A stretch of DNA of 64,000 bases from Burkholderiaceae bacterium (lineage in GTDB: Bacteria > Pseudomonadota > Gammaproteobacteria > Burkholderiales > Burkholderiaceae_E): the NCBI GenBank assembly GCA_023954135.1, contig JAMLIN010000001.1, positions 157,852 through 221,851 on the forward strand. The letters are read 5' to 3'. Position numbers and translations under genes: made by a program. This document shows, in pieces, positions 18,369 to 27,163 of the stretch (position 1 is the stretch's first letter; each line of letters starts with the position of its first letter). The notes below the pieces were generated by a model. That model was not told the origin of the DNA and searched no databases. It worked only from the letters and a program-made list of their open reading frames with translations.

Positions 18369-19421
18369 TCAGTAAGGGAAAGGCCACAGGCGATACGAAC
18401 GCTTGAGAATGTTCCACCGGTGCATCAGCCCGCGCGGCTCGAACAGCAGGAACGCGGCGATGATCCCGCCGAGGAACACGTTCATCGTGGCGAAGACGAT
18501 ATCCCCGCCCAGGAACGGGAGCTGCTCGACGATCGTCGGGCCCAGGCTGGTGATGGATTCCTGGACGAGCTTGATCACGAAGACGCCGATCAGCGCCCCC
18601 GTCACCGAGCCCATGCCGCCGACGATGATCATCGCGATGAACCAGATCGAGTTCAGCAGTGTGAACTGGTCGACGGCGACGAAGCGCACGTAGTACGCCC
18701 AGAGCGCGCCGCCGATGCCGGCGTAGAACGCGCCCACGAGGAAGGCGATCGCCTTGGTGCGCACCACGTTGATGCCCATCATGCCCGATGCGACGTCATC
18801 GTCGCGCACCGCGACGAAAGCGCGGCCGTGCCGGCTGCGCGTGATGCCGTAGGCGCCGAAGACCATCACGACGGCGAAGGCGAGGCACATCCAGTAGAGG
18901 GAGGGCCCATCGACCATGCGATGGCCGAAGAACTCCGCCGGCGGCACCGACAGGCCATTGGAGCCGCCGAGCCACGAGCTGGGCAGGTTCAGAACCATGA
19001 AATGGAACAGGAACTGGGCGGCGATCGTCGTCAGCGCCAGGTAGAAGCCCTTGATGCGCACGGCCGACAGGCCGAAGATGAAGCCGAAGGCTGCCGCGGA
19101 CACCCCGCCCAGGGGTACCGACAACCAGAACGGCAGACCGAGCTTGATCGCCAGCACGGCAGCGGTATAGGCGCCGACGCCCATGAAGGCCGCCTGGCCG
19201 AGGTTCACCTGGCCGGCATGGCCGGTGTTGATCTGCAACCCGACGACCACCACCGCGGTGATGAGCATCACGGTCGCGGCGGCCACCATGCGCGGGCCGA
19301 CCAGCCAGGGCAATGCCACGAGCAGCACGACGAAGACAGCCAGCGCCACGAGCTGCTTGCGTGTGCGAACCAGCGCCTGGTCGCGCTCGTAGCGTGTTGC
19401 GAATACCCCTGCCGGATCCAT
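18369..19421 (-). CDS. branched-chain-type ABC transporter permease (LivM-like)
   Basis: Polytopic membrane protein with the GQVNLGQAAFMGVGAY motif of LivM. Confidence 0.9.
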   Translation of the reverse strand: MDPAGVFATRYERDQALVRTRKQLVALAVFVVLLVALPWLVGPRMVAAATVMLITAVVVVGLQINTGHAGQVNLGQAAFMGVGAYTAAVLAIKLGLPFWLSVPLGGVSAAAFGFIFGLSAVRIKGFYLALTTIAAQFLFHFMVLNLPSSWLGGSNGLSVPPAEFFGHRMVDGPSLYWMCLAFAVVMVFGAYGITRSRHGRAFVAVRDDDVASGMMGINVVRTKAIAFLVGAFYAGIGGALWAYYVRFVAVDQFTLLNSIWFIAMIIVGGMGSVTGALIGVFVIKLVQESITSLGPTIVEQLPFLGGDIVFATMNVFLGGIIAAFLLFEPRGLMHRWNILKRSYRLWPFPY

Positions 19422-19424
19422 CGT

Positions 19425-20309
19425 TCAGACCCTCTCGATGGTGCGCCAGCCGAACATGCCGGTCGGGCGGATGAACAGGATGGCGAGCATGATCACGAAC
19501 GGCAGCACCGAACCGACCGCGCCGCCCACCAGCGGATCGAGGTAGGCCACGGCGAGGCCCTGGATCACCCCGACGATGATGCCCGCGATGAGCAGGCCGC
19601 CGATCGACTCGAGGCCGGCCAGCAGCACCACCGGCAGGGCGATCAGCCCGATGTCCGACGCGAGGAAGTTGAGCGACTTTCCGCTCAGGTAGATCACCGC
19701 CCCCAGGGTCGAGAGCACGGCGCCGAGCATCCAGGCGAACGCGATCGAGGCGCGCACCGAGATGCCGAGCGACAGCGCCACCTGGTGGTCCTCGGCGACC
19801 GCGGTCATCTTCAGGCCCGGACGGGTGCGGTTGAAGAACCAGGAAAGCCCCAGGCCGGTGATGACGGTCAGGATGCCGCCGTAGAGCAGCGAGCGCGGGA
19901 TCAGGATGTCGCCGATGATGAACGGCTGCAGGGGAAATATGATCGGGAAGGGGCGGACCTGCGGGCCGAAGATCAGCAGGATCAGGCCGCGGATCAGGAT
20001 GAGCAGGCCGATCGTCACCATCACCATCGCGAAGACCGATTCGCCCACGAGCCGGGAAAAGAACACCCGCTCGATCAGCAGCCCGAAGAGGGCTGCCCCG
20101 ACGAATGCGAGCGGGATGCCGATCGCCAGCGGCAGGCCCATATGCATCACCAGCCACCACACGAGGAACCCGCCGAAGACCACCAGCTCGCCCTGGGCGA
20201 AGTTGAACACCTTGGATGCGCGGTAGATCACCACGAAGCCCATGCCGACGAGCGAGTAGAGCAGCCCGATCAGCGCGCCGTTGATGACGTAGTTGAGGAA
20301 ATCGCTCAT
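19425..20309 (-). CDS. branched-chain-type ABC transporter permease (LivH-like)
   Basis: N-terminus MSDFLNYVINGALIGLLYSLVGMGFVVIYRASKVFNFAQGE is typical of LivH. Confidence 0.9.
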   Translation of the reverse strand: MSDFLNYVINGALIGLLYSLVGMGFVVIYRASKVFNFAQGELVVFGGFLVWWLVMHMGLPLAIGIPLAFVGAALFGLLIERVFFSRLVGESVFAMVMVTIGLLILIRGLILLIFGPQVRPFPIIFPLQPFIIGDILIPRSLLYGGILTVITGLGLSWFFNRTRPGLKMTAVAEDHQVALSLGISVRASIAFAWMLGAVLSTLGAVIYLSGKSLNFLASDIGLIALPVVLLAGLESIGGLLIAGIIVGVIQGLAVAYLDPLVGGAVGSVLPFVIMLAILFIRPTGMFGWRTIERV

Positions 20310-20312
20310 CGC

Positions 20313-22271
20313 TCAGGCTCGCTCCAGCTTTCGGTCGGCCGCCGGCAGAGTGGCCTTGCCGACGTCATGGACGGCGACGCGCGCATGGAGGACCCCCTTG
20401 CGCCCGTCCTGGTAGGTGACCGGAATCTCCAGCGCGACCTCGTGCTCGCCCGCGTACAGCGCATCCACCAGGCGGGCATAGCGCTCCTCGAGGAACTCGC
20501 GCCGCAGCTTGCGGGTCCGGGTGAGCTCTCCCTCGTCCGGATCGAGCTCCTTGGGGAAATTGGCGAAGCGGCGGATCCTCGATCCTTCCGGCAGGAAGCG
20601 GTTGACCCGCTCGATCTCCTCGCGCACCAGTTCGCCGACCTCGGGCTTCTGTGACAGGTCGGTGAACGTGGAGAAGGCGAGCTTGCGCTCCTCGGCCCAG
20701 CGCGACACGACGTTCATGTCGATGTTGATCAGCGCGCCGATGTAGGGGCGCGTCGCGTCGCCCAGTGTCATGATGTCCTTGATGAACGGGCTGAAGCGCA
20801 GGCGAGTCTCGATGAACTGCGGCGGGAATCGCTCGCCGGTCGAGAGCTCGCGCATGTCGTCGACCCGCTCGAGGAAGACCAGCTCGCCCTGTTCGGTGCT
20901 GGAGACGGCGTCACCCGTGAGGTACCAGCCCTCGGCCACCCGCTCGGCCGACTTGGCCTCCTGGCGCCAGTAACCGGCGAAGAACGATCCCCCGCGAATG
21001 AGCAGCTCGCCGGCTTCGGACACCTTCCATTCGAGCGCCGGCCCCGACTCGGGATGCGCGACCAGCCAGTGGCCGACGGTCTCGAGATCGTAGCGCTCGC
21101 CCTGGTGCATCGTCAGGAGACCGATCTCGGTCGATCCGTAGACATTGCGCAGGGGCACGCCGATCGCGTGAAAGAGCCGGAAGACATCCGGCGCCATCGT
21201 CGAGCCGCCGCACATCGCGACCTTCATCCGGACCAGGCCGAGCTGATCGCGCAGCGGCCTGAGCACCAGCGCGTCGGCGAGCGGCAGCAGCATGCGCGAG
21301 AGCGCGGGAATCGGCTTGCCGTCGAGCCGGTTGACGTGCACATCGTGGCCGATGCGCAGCCCCCAGTCGAAGATCCGGCGTCGCCAGCGGCCGGCATCGA
21401 GCATCCGGGCCTGGATGCCGGCGGCAAGGCTCTCCCATTGCCGGGGCGCGAAGACCATCGCCTCGACGGCGAGCTCGCGGATGTTCTCGAGCACCTGCTC
21501 GGGCCCTTCGGGGAAATTGACGACCATGGGAGAGGTCAGCCCGATGGTCAGCCCGAAGAACTGCTCGGTCGCCCATGCCGGCGCGATGTAGGTGAGGTAC
21601 TCCAGCCCGGGCGGGAGGTCGACGGCGGCGATCACGCGCTGGGCGTTGTCGATCAGGTAGCGGTGGGTGAGGATCACGCCCTTGGGCTTGCCGGTGGTGC
21701 CCGAGGTATACGAGAGCACGGCGATGTCGTCCGGGCTGCCCGCCTGCACCAGTCGCTCGAAGAGCTGCGGATCCTGCTCGTGGATCGCGCGCCCCTCGCG
21801 CTGGACCGCCTCGAAGGGCATCAGGCCCTCCTGCCGGTACGACCACATCCCGGTGTCGTCCCAGAAGACGATCGCCCTCAGCCCGGCAACGCGGTCGCGG
21901 ATCGCGAGACCCTTGTCGACCTGCTCCTGGTCCTGCGCCACGAGGTAGACGGCTTCGCTGTCCTCGAGCAGGTACTGGGCCTCGTCGGCGGTCAGGTCAG
22001 GGTACATCGAGACCACCTTCGCGCCGAGCGCCTGGGCCGCGTATTCCACCCAGAAGTGTTCCGGCTCGTTCTCGCCGATGATCGCGACCGTGTCGCCGGG
22101 GCCGACGCCCGCGGCGCGCATGCCGAGCGCGAAGTCGCGGACGTTCGCGAGAACATCGGCGAAGCTGAACTCGCGCCAGATGCCGCGGTACTTGTGGCGC
22201 TGCGCCACCCGCCCGGGCTCGGCCTGTGCCCGGGCCAGCAGGTGCTGGGGCAGGGTCATCATCCGGAGCAT
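20313..22271 (-). CDS. AMP-dependent synthetase/long-chain-acyl-CoA-ligase-like protein embedded in the ABC operon
   Basis: YTSGTTGKPKGVILTH AMP-binding motif, YGSTE, and C-terminal ELTRTRKLRREFLEERY typical of the ABC-associated ligase family. Confidence 0.85.
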   Translation of the reverse strand: MLRMMTLPQHLLARAQAEPGRVAQRHKYRGIWREFSFADVLANVRDFALGMRAAGVGPGDTVAIIGENEPEHFWVEYAAQALGAKVVSMYPDLTADEAQYLLEDSEAVYLVAQDQEQVDKGLAIRDRVAGLRAIVFWDDTGMWSYRQEGLMPFEAVQREGRAIHEQDPQLFERLVQAGSPDDIAVLSYTSGTTGKPKGVILTHRYLIDNAQRVIAAVDLPPGLEYLTYIAPAWATEQFFGLTIGLTSPMVVNFPEGPEQVLENIRELAVEAMVFAPRQWESLAAGIQARMLDAGRWRRRIFDWGLRIGHDVHVNRLDGKPIPALSRMLLPLADALVLRPLRDQLGLVRMKVAMCGGSTMAPDVFRLFHAIGVPLRNVYGSTEIGLLTMHQGERYDLETVGHWLVAHPESGPALEWKVSEAGELLIRGGSFFAGYWRQEAKSAERVAEGWYLTGDAVSSTEQGELVFLERVDDMRELSTGERFPPQFIETRLRFSPFIKDIMTLGDATRPYIGALINIDMNVVSRWAEERKLAFSTFTDLSQKPEVGELVREEIERVNRFLPEGSRIRRFANFPKELDPDEGELTRTRKLRREFLEERYARLVDALYAGEHEVALEIPVTYQDGRKGVLHARVAVHDVGKATLPAADRKLERA

Positions 22272-23110
22272 CAGGATCGCCCCTTGCCCGCGTGCTCATC
22301 GCCCAGGTAGGCGGCGATGACGGCGGGATCGGCCTGGATCTCGGCCGGCGTGCCGACCGCGATGCGCCGACCGAAATCGAGCACCGCGACCCGGTCCGCG
22401 AGATCCATCACCACGCCCATGTCGTGCTCGACGAGGACCACCGGCAGGTGCCTCGCCTCGCGCACATCGAGGATGAAGCGGGCGAGATCCTCCTTCTCCT
22501 CGGCGTTCATTCCGGCCATCGGCTCGTCCATCAGCAGGATGCGCGGCTCCTGCGCGAGGGCCCGCCCGAGGTCGACACGCTTGCGCAGGCCGTAGCCGAG
22601 ACTGCCGACGGGCTGGTGCCGGATCGTCTCGATCTCGAGGAACTCGATGATCTCCTCCACGACCTCGCGATGCCGCGTCTCCTCGCGCTGGGTCCAGTGG
22701 AAGTAGAGGAACGCCTGGGGGATCGAGCTGCGCATGTGGATATGGCGGCCGACCATGATGTTCTCGATCACGCTCATCCCCGAGAAGATGTGCGTGCCCT
22801 GGAAGGTCCGCGCGAGACCCGCCCTGGCGATCGCATGCACCGGCATGTCGGCGATGTCGCGACCAAGGAACGAGATGCGCCCCTGCTGCGGCCGGTAGAA
22901 GCCGCTCAGGCAGTTCATCAGGGAGGTCTTGCCGGCGCCGTTCGGGCCGATCACCGCGAGCAGCTCGTCCTCGCGGACCGCCACCGAGACATTGTCGAGC
23001 GCCACGACACCGCCGAAGCTCATGCGGATGCCGTCGGCCGTCAGCACGTCCGCGCGCTGCGCCGACGATGCCACATGCTCCGCGGATCCCGTTGTCGCGA
23101 GACCCGTCAT
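22271..23110 (-). CDS. branched-chain-type ABC transporter ATP-binding protein (LivG-like)
   Basis: Trimmed to the ATG at 23110 (MTGLATTGS...). Walker A GPNGAGKTS, and the LivG-specific insertion followed by LMDEPMAGMN. Confidence 0.9.
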   Translation of the reverse strand: MTGLATTGSAEHVASSAQRADVLTADGIRMSFGGVVALDNVSVAVREDELLAVIGPNGAGKTSLMNCLSGFYRPQQGRISFLGRDIADMPVHAIARAGLARTFQGTHIFSGMSVIENIMVGRHIHMRSSIPQAFLYFHWTQREETRHREVVEEIIEFLEIETIRHQPVGSLGYGLRKRVDLGRALAQEPRILLMDEPMAGMNAEEKEDLARFILDVREARHLPVVLVEHDMGVVMDLADRVAVLDFGRRIAVGTPAEIQADPAVIAAYLGDEHAGKGRS

Positions 23111-23377
23111 CGGCACCCTCGAAGCTGCATGTCGGCGTGCATCATGGTCTCCTCGGCAACGGCTGACACGGCGCGGGGGTCCGCGCTGGTCGCTGTCTGC
23201 GTTCTGTAGCTGATGCTGACGTAGCCATGTTGACGCACGCGTAGAAATTGCGCAAGTAGGGGTCAGCCACAATGGTCCCCGCCGGCGCCGCCGGCCGGCG
23301 AGAGCGAGGGATGCAACCGGCGCCACACGGCGTCGGGTCAGCAATCGGCGATCGGTGGAAGCGGCAGCTGACTGCGG

Positions 23378-24085
23378 TCAGCGATCGGCGCTCACCGCCG
23401 CGCGGAACATGTCCTCGAAGCTGGCGGCGATCTGCTCGACGCTCAGCGGACCGTCGGGCCGGTACCAGCGGGTGCCCATCCAGTTGACCGCGCCCATCGC
23501 GAAGAAGACCGCCAGCTTGGCATCGATCGCCCGGATGCTGCCGTCGCGAATGCCGGATTCGACGATGGACCGGAATTCATGGTCGAAGTCGTCGCGACGC
23601 TTCTGGATCAGCGCCCGCATCTTGGGCTCGAGGGATTCGTGCTCGGACATCACGGCGACCCGTCCCATTTCGCCGTTGAAGAGCTCGATGAAGCGCCGGA
23701 TGATCAGGCATGCCCGCTCCAGCCCGTTCTGCGCATGCAGGTTGGCGTATGCGATCGCCTGGTCACCGAGGTCGTAGGTCAGCATGTGACACTCGAACAG
23801 GATCTCCTGCTTGCTCCGGATGTAGTGGTAGAGCGCGGCCCTCGTCACGCCCAGCTCGGCGGCCACGTCATCGAGCGAGGTGTTGTGGTAGCCGCGCGCA
23901 TTGAAGGCGCGCGCCGCCGCATGAATGAGGGCCCGGCGCTTGAGCTGGTACTGCTCGTCGGGGCTCTGGACGATGGCGGACCAGGCCTGGGCGCGCTTGC
24001 CGCGCTGGCCGTTCTTCGTGCGGCGCGGCGAAACGGCGCTGGCCACGCCTGCGCCGGTGGTGTTCTGAGGGCGAAGCTTGTTCAC
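23378..24085 (-). CDS. TetR/AcrR-family transcriptional regulator
   Basis: GTG start at 24085. HTH AARAFNARGYHNTSLDDVAAELGVTRAALYHYIRSKQEIL. It begins 5 nt downstream of the acyl-CoA dehydrogenase stop. Confidence 0.8.
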   Translation of the reverse strand: MNKLRPQNTTGAGVASAVSPRRTKNGQRGKRAQAWSAIVQSPDEQYQLKRRALIHAAARAFNARGYHNTSLDDVAAELGVTRAALYHYIRSKQEILFECHMLTYDLGDQAIAYANLHAQNGLERACLIIRRFIELFNGEMGRVAVMSEHESLEPKMRALIQKRRDDFDHEFRSIVESGIRDGSIRAIDAKLAVFFAMGAVNWMGTRWYRPDGPLSVEQIAASFEDMFRAAVSADR

Positions 24086-24090
24086 GGGGT

Positions 24091-25266
24091 TCAGAGATTG
24101 CGCGAAATGATCAGCTTCTGGATGTCGCTCGTGCCTTCGTAGATGGTACAGACCCGGACATCCCGGCAGTAACGTTCCACCGGAAAGTCCTGAAGGTAGC
24201 CGTAGCCTCCGAAGGTCTGCAGCGCCGACGAGCAGACGCGCTCGGCCATCTCGCTGGCATGCAGCTTGGCGATGGCAGCCTCCTTCGCGCAGGGCAGCCC
24301 CGCCTCGAGCAGCCGGGCGGCATGCAGGTAGTACTGGCGGGCGACCGCGACCTGCGCAGCCATCTCCGCCAGCCGGAAGGACACCGCCTGCAGCTCGAAG
24401 ATCGGCTTGCCGTAGGCGGTGCGCTCCTTCGCGTAGCGGGTGGCCGCCTCGAGCGCGGCCTGGGCGGCGCCCACCGCCTGCGCGGCGATCGCGATGCGGC
24501 CATCGGCGAGGCCGGACATCGCGATCCGGTAGCCGCCGCCGAGCTCGCCGAGGATGTTCGCGGCGGGAACACGGACGCCCTCGAGACGGATCTGGGCGAC
24601 GTGCGCGGTGCGCTGCCCCATCTTGTCCTCGACGCGCGCGATCTGGAAGCCCGGGCTGTCCGTGTCCACCACGAATGCCGTCACGCCGCGCCGCCCGGCA
24701 GCCGGATCGGTCACCGCCAGCGTCATCGCGGTGCCAGCCTCGCTGCCGTTGGAGATGAACTGCTTGCTCCCCTCGAGGATGTAGTGATCCCCGTCGCGTC
24801 GCGCCGTCGTGCGCAGCGCCGCGGTGTCAGAGCCCGCCTGCGGCTCGGTCAGCAGCCAGGCGCCGATCCGCTCGCCCCGGGCGCCGGGCGGCAGGTAATG
24901 CCGCTTCTGCTCCTCGGTACCGAAGCGCGCGACCGGATAGTGCGACATGTTGTGGACATGGAAGATCGTGCCGAGGCCACAGTCGGCCCCCGCGATCGCC
25001 TCCAGGGCGAGGCAGTACTCGGTGAAGCTCGAGTCGCTGCCGCCGTACTCCTCGGGGATCAGCATCCCCATGAAGCCCTGCTCGGCGAGCACCCGCAGCT
25101 CCGCCGTGGGCCAGCGGGCCTCGCGGTCCCGGGCCGCCGCAGTCGGGGCGATGACCTCGCGGGCGATCCGCAGCACGGCGTCGCGGACCATCCGCTGCCT
25201 TTCGGTCAGGAACTCGAAACCCGAGCCGGCTTCGGCCTCGGAGGCGACGGTGGTCGCTGCGTTCAT
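24091..25266 (-). CDS. acyl-CoA dehydrogenase
   Basis: Full-length ACAD: LTEPQAGSD, GSKQFISNG, and C-terminal IYEGTSDIQKLIISR with the catalytic Glu context. Confidence 0.9.
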   Translation of the reverse strand: MNAATTVASEAEAGSGFEFLTERQRMVRDAVLRIAREVIAPTAAARDREARWPTAELRVLAEQGFMGMLIPEEYGGSDSSFTEYCLALEAIAGADCGLGTIFHVHNMSHYPVARFGTEEQKRHYLPPGARGERIGAWLLTEPQAGSDTAALRTTARRDGDHYILEGSKQFISNGSEAGTAMTLAVTDPAAGRRGVTAFVVDTDSPGFQIARVEDKMGQRTAHVAQIRLEGVRVPAANILGELGGGYRIAMSGLADGRIAIAAQAVGAAQAALEAATRYAKERTAYGKPIFELQAVSFRLAEMAAQVAVARQYYLHAARLLEAGLPCAKEAAIAKLHASEMAERVCSSALQTFGGYGYLQDFPVERYCRDVRVCTIYEGTSDIQKLIISRNL

Positions 25267-25370
25267 GGCGGTGTCTCCTCATGCCGTCCGGGTGCACCTC
25301 GCGGCGGCTGTCCTACGCCACTGACGATCAGTTGACGCGTGAGTAAGCTTCTGCCACGTCGGGCGTGACG

Positions 25371-26888
25371 TCAAGCCTTCCGGCCGGGGCTATCCCCCCC
25401 GCCCAGAGTTCTCCCCACCGCCCGCTGCCAGCCGCCGAGCAGCCGTTCCCTCTCGGCGCCGTCCATCCCGGCCTCGAACCTCCTCTCGCGCCGCCACGCC
25501 CTGGCGAACCCCTCCTCGTCCGGCCACACCCCGGCCTGCATCCCCGCCAGCCAGGCCGCGCCCAGCGCCGTCGTCTCGAGCACCACCGGCCGGTCCACCG
25601 GCGCATCGAGCAGGTCGGCGAGCCGCTGCATCGTCCAGTCGCTCGCCACCATACCGCCGTCGACCCGCAGCACCGTCTCGCCACCGTGCGCCCAGTCCCC
25701 GTGCATCGCCTCGAGCAGGTCCCGCGTCTGGAAGCACACCGACTCCAGCGCCGCCCGGCACAGCTCCTTCGGCCCCGTGGCCCGCGTGATCCCGAAGATC
25801 GCCCCGCGCGCCTCCGCATCCCAGTGCGGCGCGCCCATCCCCGTGAACGCCGGCACCAGGTACACCGCCTGGTTCGGGTCGGCCTGCGCCGCCAGCTCGC
25901 CCGACTCGGCGGCGTTCTTGATGATGCCCAGCCCGTCGCGCAGCCACTGCACCGCGGCGCCGGCCACGAAGATCGAACCCTCGAGCGCGTACGTCGTCCG
26001 CCCCCGCAGCCGGTAGGCGATCGTCGAGAGCAGCCGGTTCTTCGAGCGCACCCGGTCCGCTCCGGTGTTGAGCACCGCGAAGCAGCCCGTGCCGTAGGTG
26101 GCCTTGATCATCCCCGGCTCGAAGCAGGCGTTGCCCAGGGTCGCCGCCTGCTGGTCCCCGGCAATGCCCAGGATCGGCACGGCGGCACCGAACAGCGCCG
26201 GGTCGGTGGCACCGAAATCCGCCGCCGAATCCTTCACCTCGGGCAGCATCGCGCGCGGAATGCGCAGCGCGCCCAGCAGCTCGTCGTCCCATTCGTTGCG
26301 CTCGATGTCGTAGGCCAGCGTGCGCGAGGCGTTGGTGGCATCGGTCGCATGCACCCGCCCGCCGGTGAGCCGCCACAGCAGGAAGCTGTCCACGGTCCCG
26401 AAGGCCAGCTCGCCGCGCTCGGCCGCCTCGCGCGCGCCGGGCACGGCATCGAGGATCCAGGCCACCTTGGTGCCCGAGAAGTACGGATCGAGGATCAGCC
26501 CGGTGCGCTCGGCGAACATCGGCTCCAGGCCCTCGGCCTTGAGCTGCCGGCACAGCCCGGCGGTACGGCGGTCCTGCCAGACGATGGCGCGGTGGATCGC
26601 GCGGCCGCTGCCCCGCTCCCACACGACGGTGGTCTCGCGCTGATTGGTGATGCCGATGCCGGCGAGCTGCCTCGCCTCGATCCGGGCCGACATCAGCGCA
26701 TGGCGGACCGTCTCGAGCGTGGTGCTCCACAGGTCCTCGGGCTCGTGCTCGACCCAGCCCGAGTCCGGGAAATGCTGGGCGAACTCCTGCTGGCCCACAC
26801 CCACGCTGCGCAATCCCTCGTCGAACACGATCGCACGCGTGCTCGTCGTGCCCTGGTCGATCGCCAGAATGAAAGACTGTCCCGCCAT
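25371..26888 (-). CDS. glpK: glycerol kinase
   Basis: [41 protein letters not shown] and [11 protein letters not shown] are canonical GlpK (FGGY family) motifs. Confidence 0.95.
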   Translation of the reverse strand: MAGQSFILAIDQGTTSTRAIVFDEGLRSVGVGQQEFAQHFPDSGWVEHEPEDLWSTTLETVRHALMSARIEARQLAGIGITNQRETTVVWERGSGRAIHRAIVWQDRRTAGLCRQLKAEGLEPMFAERTGLILDPYFSGTKVAWILDAVPGAREAAERGELAFGTVDSFLLWRLTGGRVHATDATNASRTLAYDIERNEWDDELLGALRIPRAMLPEVKDSAADFGATDPALFGAAVPILGIAGDQQAATLGNACFEPGMIKATYGTGCFAVLNTGADRVRSKNRLLSTIAYRLRGRTTYALEGSIFVAGAAVQWLRDGLGIIKNAAESGELAAQADPNQAVYLVPAFTGMGAPHWDAEARGAIFGITRATGPKELCRAALESVCFQTRDLLEAMHGDWAHGGETVLRVDGGMVASDWTMQRLADLLDAPVDRPVVLETTALGAAWLAGMQAGVWPDEEGFARAWRRERRFEAGMDGAERERLLGGWQRAVGRTLGGGDSPGRKA

Positions 26889-26914
26889 GTCGCCCTCCGC
26901 GCGCTCGTTCTTCG

Positions 26915-26949
26915 TATCAGTGGCGCCCGGCCGCCCGAAGCCACTGATA
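26915..26949. promoter_or_regulatory. perfect 10-bp inverted repeat upstream of glpK (operator or 5'-UTR hairpin)
   Basis: TATCAGTGGC-N15-GCCACTGATA, 27-61 nt upstream of the glpK ATG. It is immediately followed by the GC palindrome GCCCCCTCGGGGGGC (26950-26964). Confidence 0.4.
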
Positions 26950-27163
26950 GCCCCCTCGGGGGGCAGCGAGCGACTGCGAGCGTGGGGGCTGTTTCACCTT
27001 AAGCTGGCAAGTGTCTCAGCTTCGGCGCCCCGGCGACACATCCTTCGCGCCCCGCCGGCGATACCCCCGTCCATCCCTTCGCTATTGACCGGCCGGCGCG
27101 CTGCCGCTATCCAGAGGATGCAGCAGCCGGCGCGGCCCGGGCCGGGGACAGCAAGGACTGATC

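Noticed and set aside
18267-20654. 795-aa plus-strand ORF (with similar ones at 8391-10373, 40053-41864 and 49122-51173) opposite well-supported minus-strand genes.
   Set aside because: The minus-strand frames give canonical LivH/LivM, acyl-CoA synthetase and FadH sequences. The plus-strand translations are highly charged low-complexity strings (runs of D/E/R/H/G/A), which are GC-driven artefacts.
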